Origin: an uncultured Chloroflexia bacterium
GTDB lineage: Bacteria; Chloroflexota; Limnocylindria; Limnocylindrales; CSP1-4
Length of the DNA stretch: 64,000 nt
Assembly: GCA_963833225.1 (NCBI GenBank)
Contig: CAWHXD010000019.1
Span: 288,001-352,000, forward strand
Direction of reading: 5' to 3'
Part shown: positions 8,555-17,080 of the stretch, one piece after another
Numbering within the stretch: position 1 is the first letter of the stretch
Layout of the letters: each line of letters opens with the position of its first letter
Program-made: the position numbers and the translations under genes
Notes under the pieces: model-generated
Seen by the model: the letters and a program-made list of their open reading frames with translations, nothing else
Told to the model about the DNA's origin: nothing
Databases searched by the model: none

Positions 8555-10651
8555 ATGCGCTCTGGACTGATGACGCCTCCGGTCCCCCATTTGGACCCCG
8601 GGCAACCGATCCACGCGCCGGCCCCCCGGTTCTCGCTGCGCGGCAGACGTCGCCTGAGCACCCTGTACCGGCGGCTGCTCCTCGGCGCCCTCCTGGTGGT
8701 GCCCGTCGCGCTCCCGTGGGCGTTGCCCGTGGCCGCGTCCGGCTCCACCTACTACGTGGACTGCGCCGGATCCGATTCCCGTGCAGGAACATCGACGGAC
8801 ACGGCCTGGAAGACGCTCGGCAAGGCCAATGCCGCGCCCCTCGCGCCGGGTGACAGCCTCCTGCTCCGTCGGGGATGCTCGTGGACGGGACCCCTGAACG
8901 CATCGTGGCGCGGGACCTCCTCGGCTTCGATCACGATCGGGGCATACGGCTCGGGGGCCCAGCCGCTGATCCGCGATGCTCACGAGAATGTCGCCATCAC
9001 CGGTGCCTACCTGGTCATCCGGGACCTGGCCACCACCGCCGCGCCGACCAGCCATGACTCGAGCTGCCAGAACTGGCCACTCGGCTACCGGGTCGGCTTC
9101 CGCTTCTATTCGGGAGCCAACCATGTGACCGTTCGGGACAGCACCGCGAGCGGCCTGTACATGGGCGTCATGGTGAATGCCGGCGCGACCGACAACCGCG
9201 TATACCGCAACACCCTGCGCGACAACGACATGCGCGACCCGAACGTCGCCTCGGATGCCGGTGCCGTGGGCGTGCTGCTGGAGGGAGACCGGACCGAGGT
9301 CTCGTGGAACACGATCTCAGGCTCCGACGCCTGCTCCCCGCAGTATGGTCGCGACGGCGCGGCGGTCGAGATCTACGGCGGTCGCGACAACAAGATCCAC
9401 CACAACATCGCGACCCAGAACAACGCCTTCACCGAGCTCGGCAACTCGCGATCCGCCAACAACACGTTCGCCTACAACCGGATCACCTCGACGCTCACGG
9501 CGGCCAACGTCCTCGTCACGCGCGGTGCCAACGACTCCCACGGGCCGGTGACCGGCACGCGGTTCCACTCGAACACGGCATACCTCACGGGCTCCCAGAG
9601 CTACGCCATCCAGTGCACGGGTGGCTGTAGTTCCAGCATCCTGTCCATGCGCGACAACATCATCTGGGCGGACGATCGCGTGGGCTACGCGGACGCCTCC
9701 TTCGATGAGCGCAACAACATCTACTGGCGTGCCGGGGGCTCCCCGAAGGTGTACTTCGCGATCAGCTCCACCAGCCGCCTGGTCAACCCTGGGTTCGTGA
9801 GCAGCTCGGACCTGCACCTCAAGTCCGGGAGCCCGGCGATCGATGCCGGGAGCGGAGCGGCCCTCGCGCTGGGCTACACGACGGACCTCTCCGCGGTCGC
9901 GGTGCCCCAGGGGCAGGCCCCGGACATCGGCGCCTACGAGCGCGCAACGGGGGGTGCCACGCCCACGCCCACGCCCGGATCGACGGCGACGCCCAGACCG
10001 ACGGCGACGCCGGCTCCGGCCCCGCTCGCGGTCGACTCGTTCAGCCGGACCGTGTCGGGGGGATGGGGAGCGACCGATCCTGGTGGCGTCTACGGGCTTG
10101 CCGGCGGCAGCGAAGGCTTCGCCGTCGATGGCGCCGTCGGCGCGATGACGCTCAAGTCCGGCCGGTCGTTGGCGGCCACGCTGGTCGACGTGGCGGCGAA
10201 GAACGTCGTGGTCCGCACGAGCGTCCGGGTGAGCCGTCTTATGGGCGGATCCGGGGAGGACGCCTGGGTCGTGCTCCGCAGGACCGCGACGGGCAACGCC
10301 TATCGGCTACGGGTCCGCATCAGCTCGTCGGGTGCGGTCAAGCTACGGGCCTTCAAGCGTGTAAGGGGCCGGACCGTCGCGATCAGCCGCCAGGTGTCAG
10401 CCGGTGTCACCCTCGCTCCGGGAAAGCGGTTGTGGATCCGTGCCCGCGTCGTGGGTGCCAACCCGGCCCGGCTCAAGCTCCGTGTCTGGAAGGGTTCGCA
10501 CGAGCCTGCGCGGTGGCAGCTCGTGGTCAAGAACGGCGCCTCGGCGCTTGCGGGGCCGGGGGCGATCGGGCTGCGGGCCTCGGTGCCCTCCAGGTCCGGT
10601 GGGAAGACGGTGCGGTTCACCTTCGACGACCTTCGCGCCTGGCGGCCGTAG
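8555..10651 (+). CDS. Secreted right-handed parallel beta-helix protein with PT linker and basic C-terminal beta domain
   Basis: Hydrophobic signal, TYYVD..G.D..AWKTL..PGDSLLLRRG, Asn-ladder repeats, DLHLKSGSPAIDAG..APDIGAYE, TP linker, DSFSRTVSGGWG domain; start codon uncertain. Confidence 0.8.
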   Translation: MRSGLMTPPVPHLDPGQPIHAPAPRFSLRGRRRLSTLYRRLLLGALLVVPVALPWALPVAASGSTYYVDCAGSDSRAGTSTDTAWKTLGKANAAPLAPGDSLLLRRGCSWTGPLNASWRGTSSASITIGAYGSGAQPLIRDAHENVAITGAYLVIRDLATTAAPTSHDSSCQNWPLGYRVGFRFYSGANHVTVRDSTASGLYMGVMVNAGATDNRVYRNTLRDNDMRDPNVASDAGAVGVLLEGDRTEVSWNTISGSDACSPQYGRDGAAVEIYGGRDNKIHHNIATQNNAFTELGNSRSANNTFAYNRITSTLTAANVLVTRGANDSHGPVTGTRFHSNTAYLTGSQSYAIQCTGGCSSSILSMRDNIIWADDRVGYADASFDERNNIYWRAGGSPKVYFAISSTSRLVNPGFVSSSDLHLKSGSPAIDAGSGAALALGYTTDLSAVAVPQGQAPDIGAYERATGGATPTPTPGSTATPRPTATPAPAPLAVDSFSRTVSGGWGATDPGGVYGLAGGSEGFAVDGAVGAMTLKSGRSLAATLVDVAAKNVVVRTSVRVSRLMGGSGEDAWVVLRRTATGNAYRLRVRISSSGAVKLRAFKRVRGRTVAISRQVSAGVTLAPGKRLWIRARVVGANPARLKLRVWKGSHEPARWQLVVKNGASALAGPGAIGLRASVPSRSGGKTVRFTFDDLRAWRP

Positions 10652-10790
10652 AGGCTGCGGCTCCCCGCCGATCGGCCGACGACACGGGCCAACGCCGACC
10701 CGCGACGACACGGGCCCACGCCCGCGGTCCCGGCGATTTGCCAGCCGGTGCATCGGTGCAACGGTATAGGCCAAATGGCCCGTTGTGCCC

Positions 10791-10818
10791 TTGAAACGAG
10801 GCGATCCCGTGGTACTTT
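10791..10818 (+). promoter_or_regulatory. Sigma70-type promoter for the GT2 operon
   Basis: TTGAAA-N16-TACTTT with extended -10 TG, in an AT-richer intergenic region. Confidence 0.5.
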
Positions 10819-11006
10819 CGTCCTAGCCACTGAATGGCACGAGCCCAGACTTCTCCCTCCCGGCGCAGCGCGTACTCCGCTTCTAGCACTTATTCATCCT
10901 CATTCTCCGGTACTCCGTTCGGTTCCAGTGATTCGCTCGTCAGAGGGTTGGGACTCGTGGCTGTGGGTCAGCGTCCCAATCGACCGCAGAATTTGGAGCC
11001 CAGCCG

Positions 11007-11816
11007 TTGCTGATGCATGAAGTTGCCCCTGGGGCATCCTGGCCGCCCCCGGCGGACCTGGCAGAGTTGCACGACATCGACCGCCCCGCGCCGACAAAGC
11101 CCGTGGTCCGGCCGCTCTCCGTGTCCGTCGTGATTCCCACCAAGAACGAGGCCCGCAACATCGCCTGGGTCCTTGAGCGCATGGACCCGATGGTCGATGA
11201 GATCGTCATCGTCGACGGCATCTCGGTCGACAGCACGGTCTCGGTCGCCCGCATGGTCCGGCCCGACGCCGTCGTGGTGGATCACCCCGTGCCCGGCAAG
11301 GGCGAGGCCGTCCGAGCAGGCATCCATGAGGCCACGGGCGACATCGTGGTGATGATGGACGCCGACGGCTCCATGGACCCGGCCGAGATCCGCCGGTTCG
11401 TGGAAGCGGTCGCGGCCGGCGCGGACGTGGTGAAGGGAAGCCGGTTCCTGCCTGGTGGCGGCACGGCTGACATGACGCTGATCCGCCGTCTCGGCAATCA
11501 CGCCCTGGTCGCCTTCTCCAACGTGCTCCTTGGGGCCAGGCACACCGAGCTCTGCTACGGCTTCATGGCCTTCCGGAGGAGCCGGATCGACGATCTCGAG
11601 CTGCGGTCGACCGGCTTCGAGATCGAGACGGAGATCGTGGTTCGCGCCCATCGCGCCGGCCTGCTCATTACCGAGGTCCCCAGCTTCGAGTTCCCGCGAC
11701 GTCACGGCCACTCGAACCTGAACACGTTCCGGGATGGCTGGCGCGTGGTCCGCACGCTCCTGCGAGAATCCATGCTTCGCACTGGGACGACGAGCCCAGT
11801 CCGCGACGACAGCTGA
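11007..11816 (+). CDS. Glycosyltransferase family 2 (DPM1/polyprenol-phosphate glycosyltransferase-like)
   Basis: SVVIPTKNEA, VDGISVDST, GKGEA, DIVVMMDADGS, VKGSRF, GFEIETE. Confidence 0.9.
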   Translation: MLMHEVAPGASWPPPADLAELHDIDRPAPTKPVVRPLSVSVVIPTKNEARNIAWVLERMDPMVDEIVIVDGISVDSTVSVARMVRPDAVVVDHPVPGKGEAVRAGIHEATGDIVVMMDADGSMDPAEIRRFVEAVAAGADVVKGSRFLPGGGTADMTLIRRLGNHALVAFSNVLLGARHTELCYGFMAFRRSRIDDLELRSTGFEIETEIVVRAHRAGLLITEVPSFEFPRRHGHSNLNTFRDGWRVVRTLLRESMLRTGTTSPVRDDS

Positions 11817-11853
11817 TCCCCTTTCCTCCGCCGATAGCCAGGAATTCGAATAC

Positions 11854-14800
11854 ATGCGCCGATCCGTCCGTCCCGCAGCGCTGGCGATGGTCGCCGCGCT
11901 GATGATCCTCTCGCTCCCGTCCGCAGCCGCCGCGGCACGTCCCCTTGACGGTCTCCGTGTCCACGGGCAGACCGCTGCCGTGATCGGCGAGCTCGCCACC
12001 CTGACCGTGAAGCTCCCGGCGAACGTCGCGGCCTTCGACGCGCGGGTCATCACGGCACCCGGAGCGGCAGAGGTCATCGGCGTCGCGCCCGTTGGCGGTG
12101 GGACGGCTCTGCGTCCCGAGGCGTCCGGCGACGGCACGGCCGTCGCAGCTTACGGCCTGGCGTCGAGGAAGGGCGTCACGCGCGTCCTCATCGCCGTGAA
12201 TCCGCTGGTCGCGGGTCGGATCCAGGCCCGGGTCATCATTGACGCGGCTTCCGACGCTGCAGGGCACCGGGTAACGCTGCGTCGCACATCCGCGCTCGCG
12301 ACGATCACGGCCGGCGCCGGCCGGCGTCTCGTGGCGGCTCCCGCGGCGCGCATGCGGCTCGCCCCGAAGGCGAAGTCGGTCAAGCCATTCGACCTGCGCC
12401 TGGATCGCAAGTTCAATGCCCAGGACCTCGACATGGTGCGTGCGGCCTGGTCGCAGAGCCACGCGAATGTGGGGGCCATCTGTGGCGGCGCCACGGCCGG
12501 CGATGCCAATGGTGACGGCTGCGTCGACATCATCGACGTGCAGCTGCTCAAGAGCGTCAGCGGCAAGGCGGTCACCGCGAAGACCTCCTCGACCCTGCTC
12601 GCGACGGAGCCCGATCTCAGCTCCACGCGGGCGGTGCTCTCGACGACCCCGGACGTGACGTCGGTCGGCGACTTCGTGCCGCTCCGGACGTTCACGGTCA
12701 CCAGCACCGGCGACACGGCCGACGCCACACCCGGCAACGGGATCTGCGCCGACTCCAACGGGCGCTGCACCCTGCGCGCCGCGATGACCGAGGCGGACTA
12801 CATGCAGGGCGAGGACCGGATCGCCTTCAACCTGCCGGGAACCGCGCCCGTCACGATCCAGGTCTCCAGCCGGCTGCCCCTCATCACCTCCCGGTCCGGG
12901 GGAGTGTTCATCGACGGGTACAGCCAGCCCGGCGCCTCGCCCAACACCGCCCAGGTCGGCTCCAACGCCGTGCCCGGCGTCTACCTGCGTGGCAACGGCA
13001 ACGCCGCGCGGGAGTACGGCTTCTATATGACCAGCGCGAACAACATCGTCAGCGGCCTCGCGATCGGCAACTTCTGGCGCGCCCTGATGCTCGACGGGAC
13101 CGACGCCACCGGCAACCTCATCGCCGGCGACTGGCTGGGCTTCACCGGCACCGGCTCGAACAACGGCGGCTCCATCGGCATCCTGATCAACGTCGGTGCT
13201 CATGACAACACGGTCGGCACGCCCGCCCTGGCCGACCGCAACGTGATCGGCAACTTCCCGGTGGGCGTGGACGTGTACGGGCCGGGCACGGACGGCACGA
13301 CGTTCCAGAACAACCAGTTCTGCATCTCGCCGTCCGGGGCCCGCGCGACCTGCAACGTGGGGATCGACCACAACTTCGGCCCCAAGCGCAACCTGATCGG
13401 CGGCAGCGGCGCCAACGAGCGCAACGTCTTCGGGCCCACCAACTACCAGGGCATCGAGCTCTCGCACGGGTACAACCCGAGCGTCCAGCCGGACACCGAC
13501 TTCTCGCTGCCGTACCAGATCAACGACCACCAGATCATCGGCAACTGGGTCGGCTTCAGGATGGACGGCACGTACGACCCCGCCTACCGCTCGGGCCTCA
13601 ACTTCTCGAGCGCCGACAACGCCGAGGGCATCAACGTCTACGACGGCGTGTTCAACAACCTCGTCGAGGACAACTACGTCGCGTCGGTGTACGACGGGAT
13701 CATCCTCCGGTCCCCGCATGCGTCGGACAACATCCTCCGGGGCAACGTCATCGGCGTGGCCCCCAACGGCGGCGGCGCGGCGCCGCTCACGGGCTGGGGG
13801 ATCAAGATCGGCTGGAGCGCGACCCACAACCTCGTCGAGGACAACGTCATCCGCAACGCGGCCGCGGGCGGGATCGGCCTCGTCAACACCACCAACACCG
13901 GCCTGCCCCAGGCACCCGCCTACAACATCAAGCTCAGCCGGAACCTCGTGTCCGACACCAACGGACCCGCGATCGACCTGTTCGGGATCGCGGGGCCCGA
14001 TCCCAACGATCCGGGCGACGCCGACCTCGGCGCCAACGGGCTGCTCAACACCCCGATCATCACCGGCGTCACCACCACGACGGTGTCGGGGACGGGCCAG
14101 GCCGGAGCCACGGTCGAGGTCTACACGGTCAGCCGCGCCATCGGCGCCTACGGGCTGCCGCAGGCCTACCAGGGCTCCGCGGTCGTCGCGGGCAACGGCA
14201 CCTGGACCCTGGCGACAACGCTGACCGGCTCGGACGTCGTCTCGGCGATCCAGATCGCACCCGACTGGAACACCTCCGAGTTCTCGCCCAACGCCGGTTT
14301 CGGCAGCCCGTCGATCACGAGCGCGTCGAGCACGACGTTCCCCGCGGGCCAGGCCAGCTCGTTCACCGTGACCACGACCGGCAACCCGGCCCCGGCGATC
14401 AGCCGTTCCGGCGCGCTCCCGTCCGGCGTCACGTTCACCGACAACGGCAACGGCACGGCCACCCTCGCAGGCACCCCCGCGATCGGCAGTCAGGGCAACT
14501 ATCCGCTGACGATCACAGCGGCCAACGGCGCCCTGCCGAATGCCACACAGTCGTTCACGCTCACGGTGACGGCCGCCGTCGTGTCGGCGCCGGCCATCAC
14601 CAGCGCGGCGAGCACGACCTACGTCACCGGGACCGCGGGCTCATTCACCGTGACCACCACCGGCGTGCCGACACCCACCATTGGCCGGACTGGCGCCCTG
14701 CCCAGCGGCGTGACCTTCACGGACAACGGCAACGGGACGGCGACGCTTGCCGGAACGCCGGCCGCGGGCACCTCGGGCACGTACCCCCTCACGATCACGG

Positions 14801-16035
14801 CCACCAACGGCGTGAGCCCCAACGCCAGCCAGTCGTTCACCCTCACGGTCCACGCCGCCCCGGCGATCACGAGCGCCGCGAGTGTCTCGTTCTCCATCGG
14901 CTCCGCGGGCTCGTTCACCATGACCACGACCGGCACGCCCACGCCCTCCATCACGCGTGCCGGGTCGCTGCCCTCGGGCATCACCTTCACCGATCACGGC
15001 GACGGCACGGCGACCCTCGCTGGCACGCCGACCGCCGGGTCGGGCGGCACATACCCCCTGTCCATCACCGCGAGCAACGGAGTGCTCCCCAACGCCAGCC
15101 AGGCGTTCACGCTGTTCGTGACCGCTGCCCCGGCCATCACGAGCGTCGACCACGTGTCCTTCATCGCGGGCATCACCGACTCGTTCACCGTGACGACGAC
15201 GGGCACGCCCGTCCCCGGGATCGCGCGCACCGGCGCGCTGCCGGCGGGCGTCACCTTCACCGACAACGGCAACGGCACTGCGACCCTCGCCGGCACGCCC
15301 GACACGGGATCTGCAGGCACATATCCCCTGACCATCACGGCGGGCAACGGCGTCAACCCCGATGCCACCCAGTCGTTCACGCTGACCGTGACCCAGCTCA
15401 CGACGTACGCCACCGACTCGTTCGGCCGCAACGTCCGGAACAACTGGGGCACCGCGGATCTCGGCGGTGACTGGCTCGTCAGCACCGCCCGTGCGTTCAC
15501 CGTCGATGGGTCCATCGGCTCGATGGACCTCCAGAAGTCCCAGACGCGATGGGCCACGCTCGGCGACGTGTCTGCGCGGGACGTGGACCTGCAGGTGAGT
15601 CTCGGCTTCGAGGCGATCCCGGGCGCCGGAAACGCCTACGACTACCTCGTGGCGCGCCAGGTCTCGTCCGGGAACGAATACCGCGCGAAGATCCGGGTCA
15701 CCTCCACTGGCGCGGTGTATGCCCAGCTCCTGGCCGTGACCGGCGGCACCGAGGCGGGGATCTCCTCCGAGGTGCTGGTGGGTGGCGTGACGGCAACGCC
15801 AGGCGTGTCACTGCGCGCCCGGTTCGTTGTCACCGGCCTCTCGCCGACGAGCCTCCAGTTCAAGGTGTGGAACCTCGGACAGCCAGAGCCCGGGGCCTGG
15901 TCGGTGACCGCCACCGACTCGACCGCGGCGCTGCAGGCGTACGGTGCGGTCGGCGTCCGGGCATACCTCTCGAGCAACGCGTCACCGAACAAGCTGTTGT
16001 TCCTGTTCGACGACCTGGCCGCCCTCGTGCCCTGA
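11854..16035 (+). CDS. Large secreted modular protein: cohesin-like + dockerin-like + CSLREA + beta-helix + 4 putative Ig repeats + C-terminal beta domain
   Basis: Signal peptide; DLRLDRKFNAQDL..GDANGDGCVDIIDV paired Ca-loops; FTVTSTGD..GIC..CTLRAA; four ~90-aa repeats with LPSGVTFTDNGNGTATLAGTP; DSFGRNVRNNWG domain. Confidence 0.85.
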   Translation: MRRSVRPAALAMVAALMILSLPSAAAAARPLDGLRVHGQTAAVIGELATLTVKLPANVAAFDARVITAPGAAEVIGVAPVGGGTALRPEASGDGTAVAAYGLASRKGVTRVLIAVNPLVAGRIQARVIIDAASDAAGHRVTLRRTSALATITAGAGRRLVAAPAARMRLAPKAKSVKPFDLRLDRKFNAQDLDMVRAAWSQSHANVGAICGGATAGDANGDGCVDIIDVQLLKSVSGKAVTAKTSSTLLATEPDLSSTRAVLSTTPDVTSVGDFVPLRTFTVTSTGDTADATPGNGICADSNGRCTLRAAMTEADYMQGEDRIAFNLPGTAPVTIQVSSRLPLITSRSGGVFIDGYSQPGASPNTAQVGSNAVPGVYLRGNGNAAREYGFYMTSANNIVSGLAIGNFWRALMLDGTDATGNLIAGDWLGFTGTGSNNGGSIGILINVGAHDNTVGTPALADRNVIGNFPVGVDVYGPGTDGTTFQNNQFCISPSGARATCNVGIDHNFGPKRNLIGGSGANERNVFGPTNYQGIELSHGYNPSVQPDTDFSLPYQINDHQIIGNWVGFRMDGTYDPAYRSGLNFSSADNAEGINVYDGVFNNLVEDNYVASVYDGIILRSPHASDNILRGNVIGVAPNGGGAAPLTGWGIKIGWSATHNLVEDNVIRNAAAGGIGLVNTTNTGLPQAPAYNIKLSRNLVSDTNGPAIDLFGIAGPDPNDPGDADLGANGLLNTPIITGVTTTTVSGTGQAGATVEVYTVSRAIGAYGLPQAYQGSAVVAGNGTWTLATTLTGSDVVSAIQIAPDWNTSEFSPNAGFGSPSITSASSTTFPAGQASSFTVTTTGNPAPAISRSGALPSGVTFTDNGNGTATLAGTPAIGSQGNYPLTITAANGALPNATQSFTLTVTAAVVSAPAITSAASTTYVTGTAGSFTVTTTGVPTPTIGRTGALPSGVTFTDNGNGTATLAGTPAAGTSGTYPLTITATNGVSPNASQSFTLTVHAAPAITSAASVSFSIGSAGSFTMTTTGTPTPSITRAGSLPSGITFTDHGDGTATLAGTPTAGSGGTYPLSITASNGVLPNASQAFTLFVTAAPAITSVDHVSFIAGITDSFTVTTTGTPVPGIARTGALPAGVTFTDNGNGTATLAGTPDTGSAGTYPLTITAGNGVNPDATQSFTLTVTQLTTYATDSFGRNVRNNWGTADLGGDWLVSTARAFTVDGSIGSMDLQKSQTRWATLGDVSARDVDLQVSLGFEAIPGAGNAYDYLVARQVSSGNEYRAKIRVTSTGAVYAQLLAVTGGTEAGISSEVLVGGVTATPGVSLRARFVVTGLSPTSLQFKVWNLGQPEPGAWSVTATDSTAALQAYGAVGVRAYLSSNASPNKLLFLFDDLAALVP
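14308..15390 (+). repeat. Four intragenic tandem Ig-like domain repeats
   Basis: Repeated PAITS..SFTVTTTG.P.P.I.R.GALPSGVTFTDNGNGTATLAGTP..YPLTITA.NG..PNA.QSFTLTV; boundaries approximate. Confidence 0.85.
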
Positions 16036-16036
16036 G

Positions 16037-17080
16037 ATGGGCGCGCAGGCCGAAGTGCCGGCCGCCGTCCATCCGGCAGCCGGGCCGCGGGGCTCCTTCC
16101 CTGCGATGGAGCGCCTCCTCGTGGTCGGCGGCAGGCAGCGGGTGCTGCGAACCGTGGCCGACACGGGACAGACCTGGTACGAGTACGACCAGGCCCTGGT
16201 GCTCGAGGTGAACCCGTCCTCGGGGGTCGCGTCCGTCGTCCACCGGTACGAGACGCCATCGGGCGCCCGTCCGGAGGTGGATCCGGCCGTGCTGTTCAAG
16301 AGCGGAACCCGCGTTGGCGACCTCCTGTATCTCTCCACGCAGACCGAGGTCATGGTCCTGCAGCTCCCCGGGTTCGAGCGCGTGGGCTACGTGTCGCTGC
16401 CGCGGTTCAACGACGTGCATCATGTGCGTCCCGGCCGGGGCGGATTGCTGCTCGTCGCGAACTCCGGTCTGGACACCGTGGTCGAGGTCGACCTCGACGG
16501 CACGGTGCACAACGAATGGAACGTCCTGGGGGAGGACACCTGGAGCCGGTTCGATCCCGCCATCGACTACCGGCGGGTGAAGACGACCAAGCCGCACCAC
16601 GCGCATCCGAACCACGTGTTCATGATCGGTGACGAGCCGTGGGCGACCCGGTTCGAACAGCGCGACGCCGTGAGCCTGCTCGACCCCGGCCGGAGGATCG
16701 ACATCGGCCTCGAGCGCGTGCACGACGGGGTCGTGTTCGAGGGGCACGTCTACTTCACGACGGTGGACGGGAAGGTGGCGATCGCCGAGACGGACACGCT
16801 CAAGGTGGTGGACGTCATCGACCTCGTGCCGATGCACCCCGCGGGAACTCGCCTTGGCTGGTGCCGCGGCATCCTGCCCGACGCGGACGGGGCGTGGATC
16901 GGGTTCTCTCGGATCCGGCCGACCAAGATCCGCGAGAACGTGGGCTGGGTGCTGCACGGCTTCAAGCGCGATCTCGGGACCCACGTGGGCCGCTACGACC
17001 TGCGGTCGCGCCGCGCCCTCGGCGACATCGTTCTCGAGGGGCAGGAGCTTGGCGCGGTGTTCAGCGTGTTCCCGGGCTGA
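16037..17080 (+). CDS. Hypothetical probable beta-propeller protein
   Basis: Repeated blade-like segments (FNDVHHV, LLVANSGLD, HPNHV, VHDGV, WCRGI); starts 1 bp after the previous stop. Confidence 0.65.
   Translation: MGAQAEVPAAVHPAAGPRGSFPAMERLLVVGGRQRVLRTVADTGQTWYEYDQALVLEVNPSSGVASVVHRYETPSGARPEVDPAVLFKSGTRVGDLLYLSTQTEVMVLQLPGFERVGYVSLPRFNDVHHVRPGRGGLLLVANSGLDTVVEVDLDGTVHNEWNVLGEDTWSRFDPAIDYRRVKTTKPHHAHPNHVFMIGDEPWATRFEQRDAVSLLDPGRRIDIGLERVHDGVVFEGHVYFTTVDGKVAIAETDTLKVVDVIDLVPMHPAGTRLGWCRGILPDADGAWIGFSRIRPTKIRENVGWVLHGFKRDLGTHVGRYDLRSRRALGDIVLEGQELGAVFSVFPG

Noticed and set aside
11668-13827. Long antisense or alternative-frame ORFs (e.g. 11668-13827, 944-2563, 34271-35851, 52671-54593)
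   Set aside because: These are shadow ORFs expected at very high GC; they overlap well-supported genes and have no motifs.
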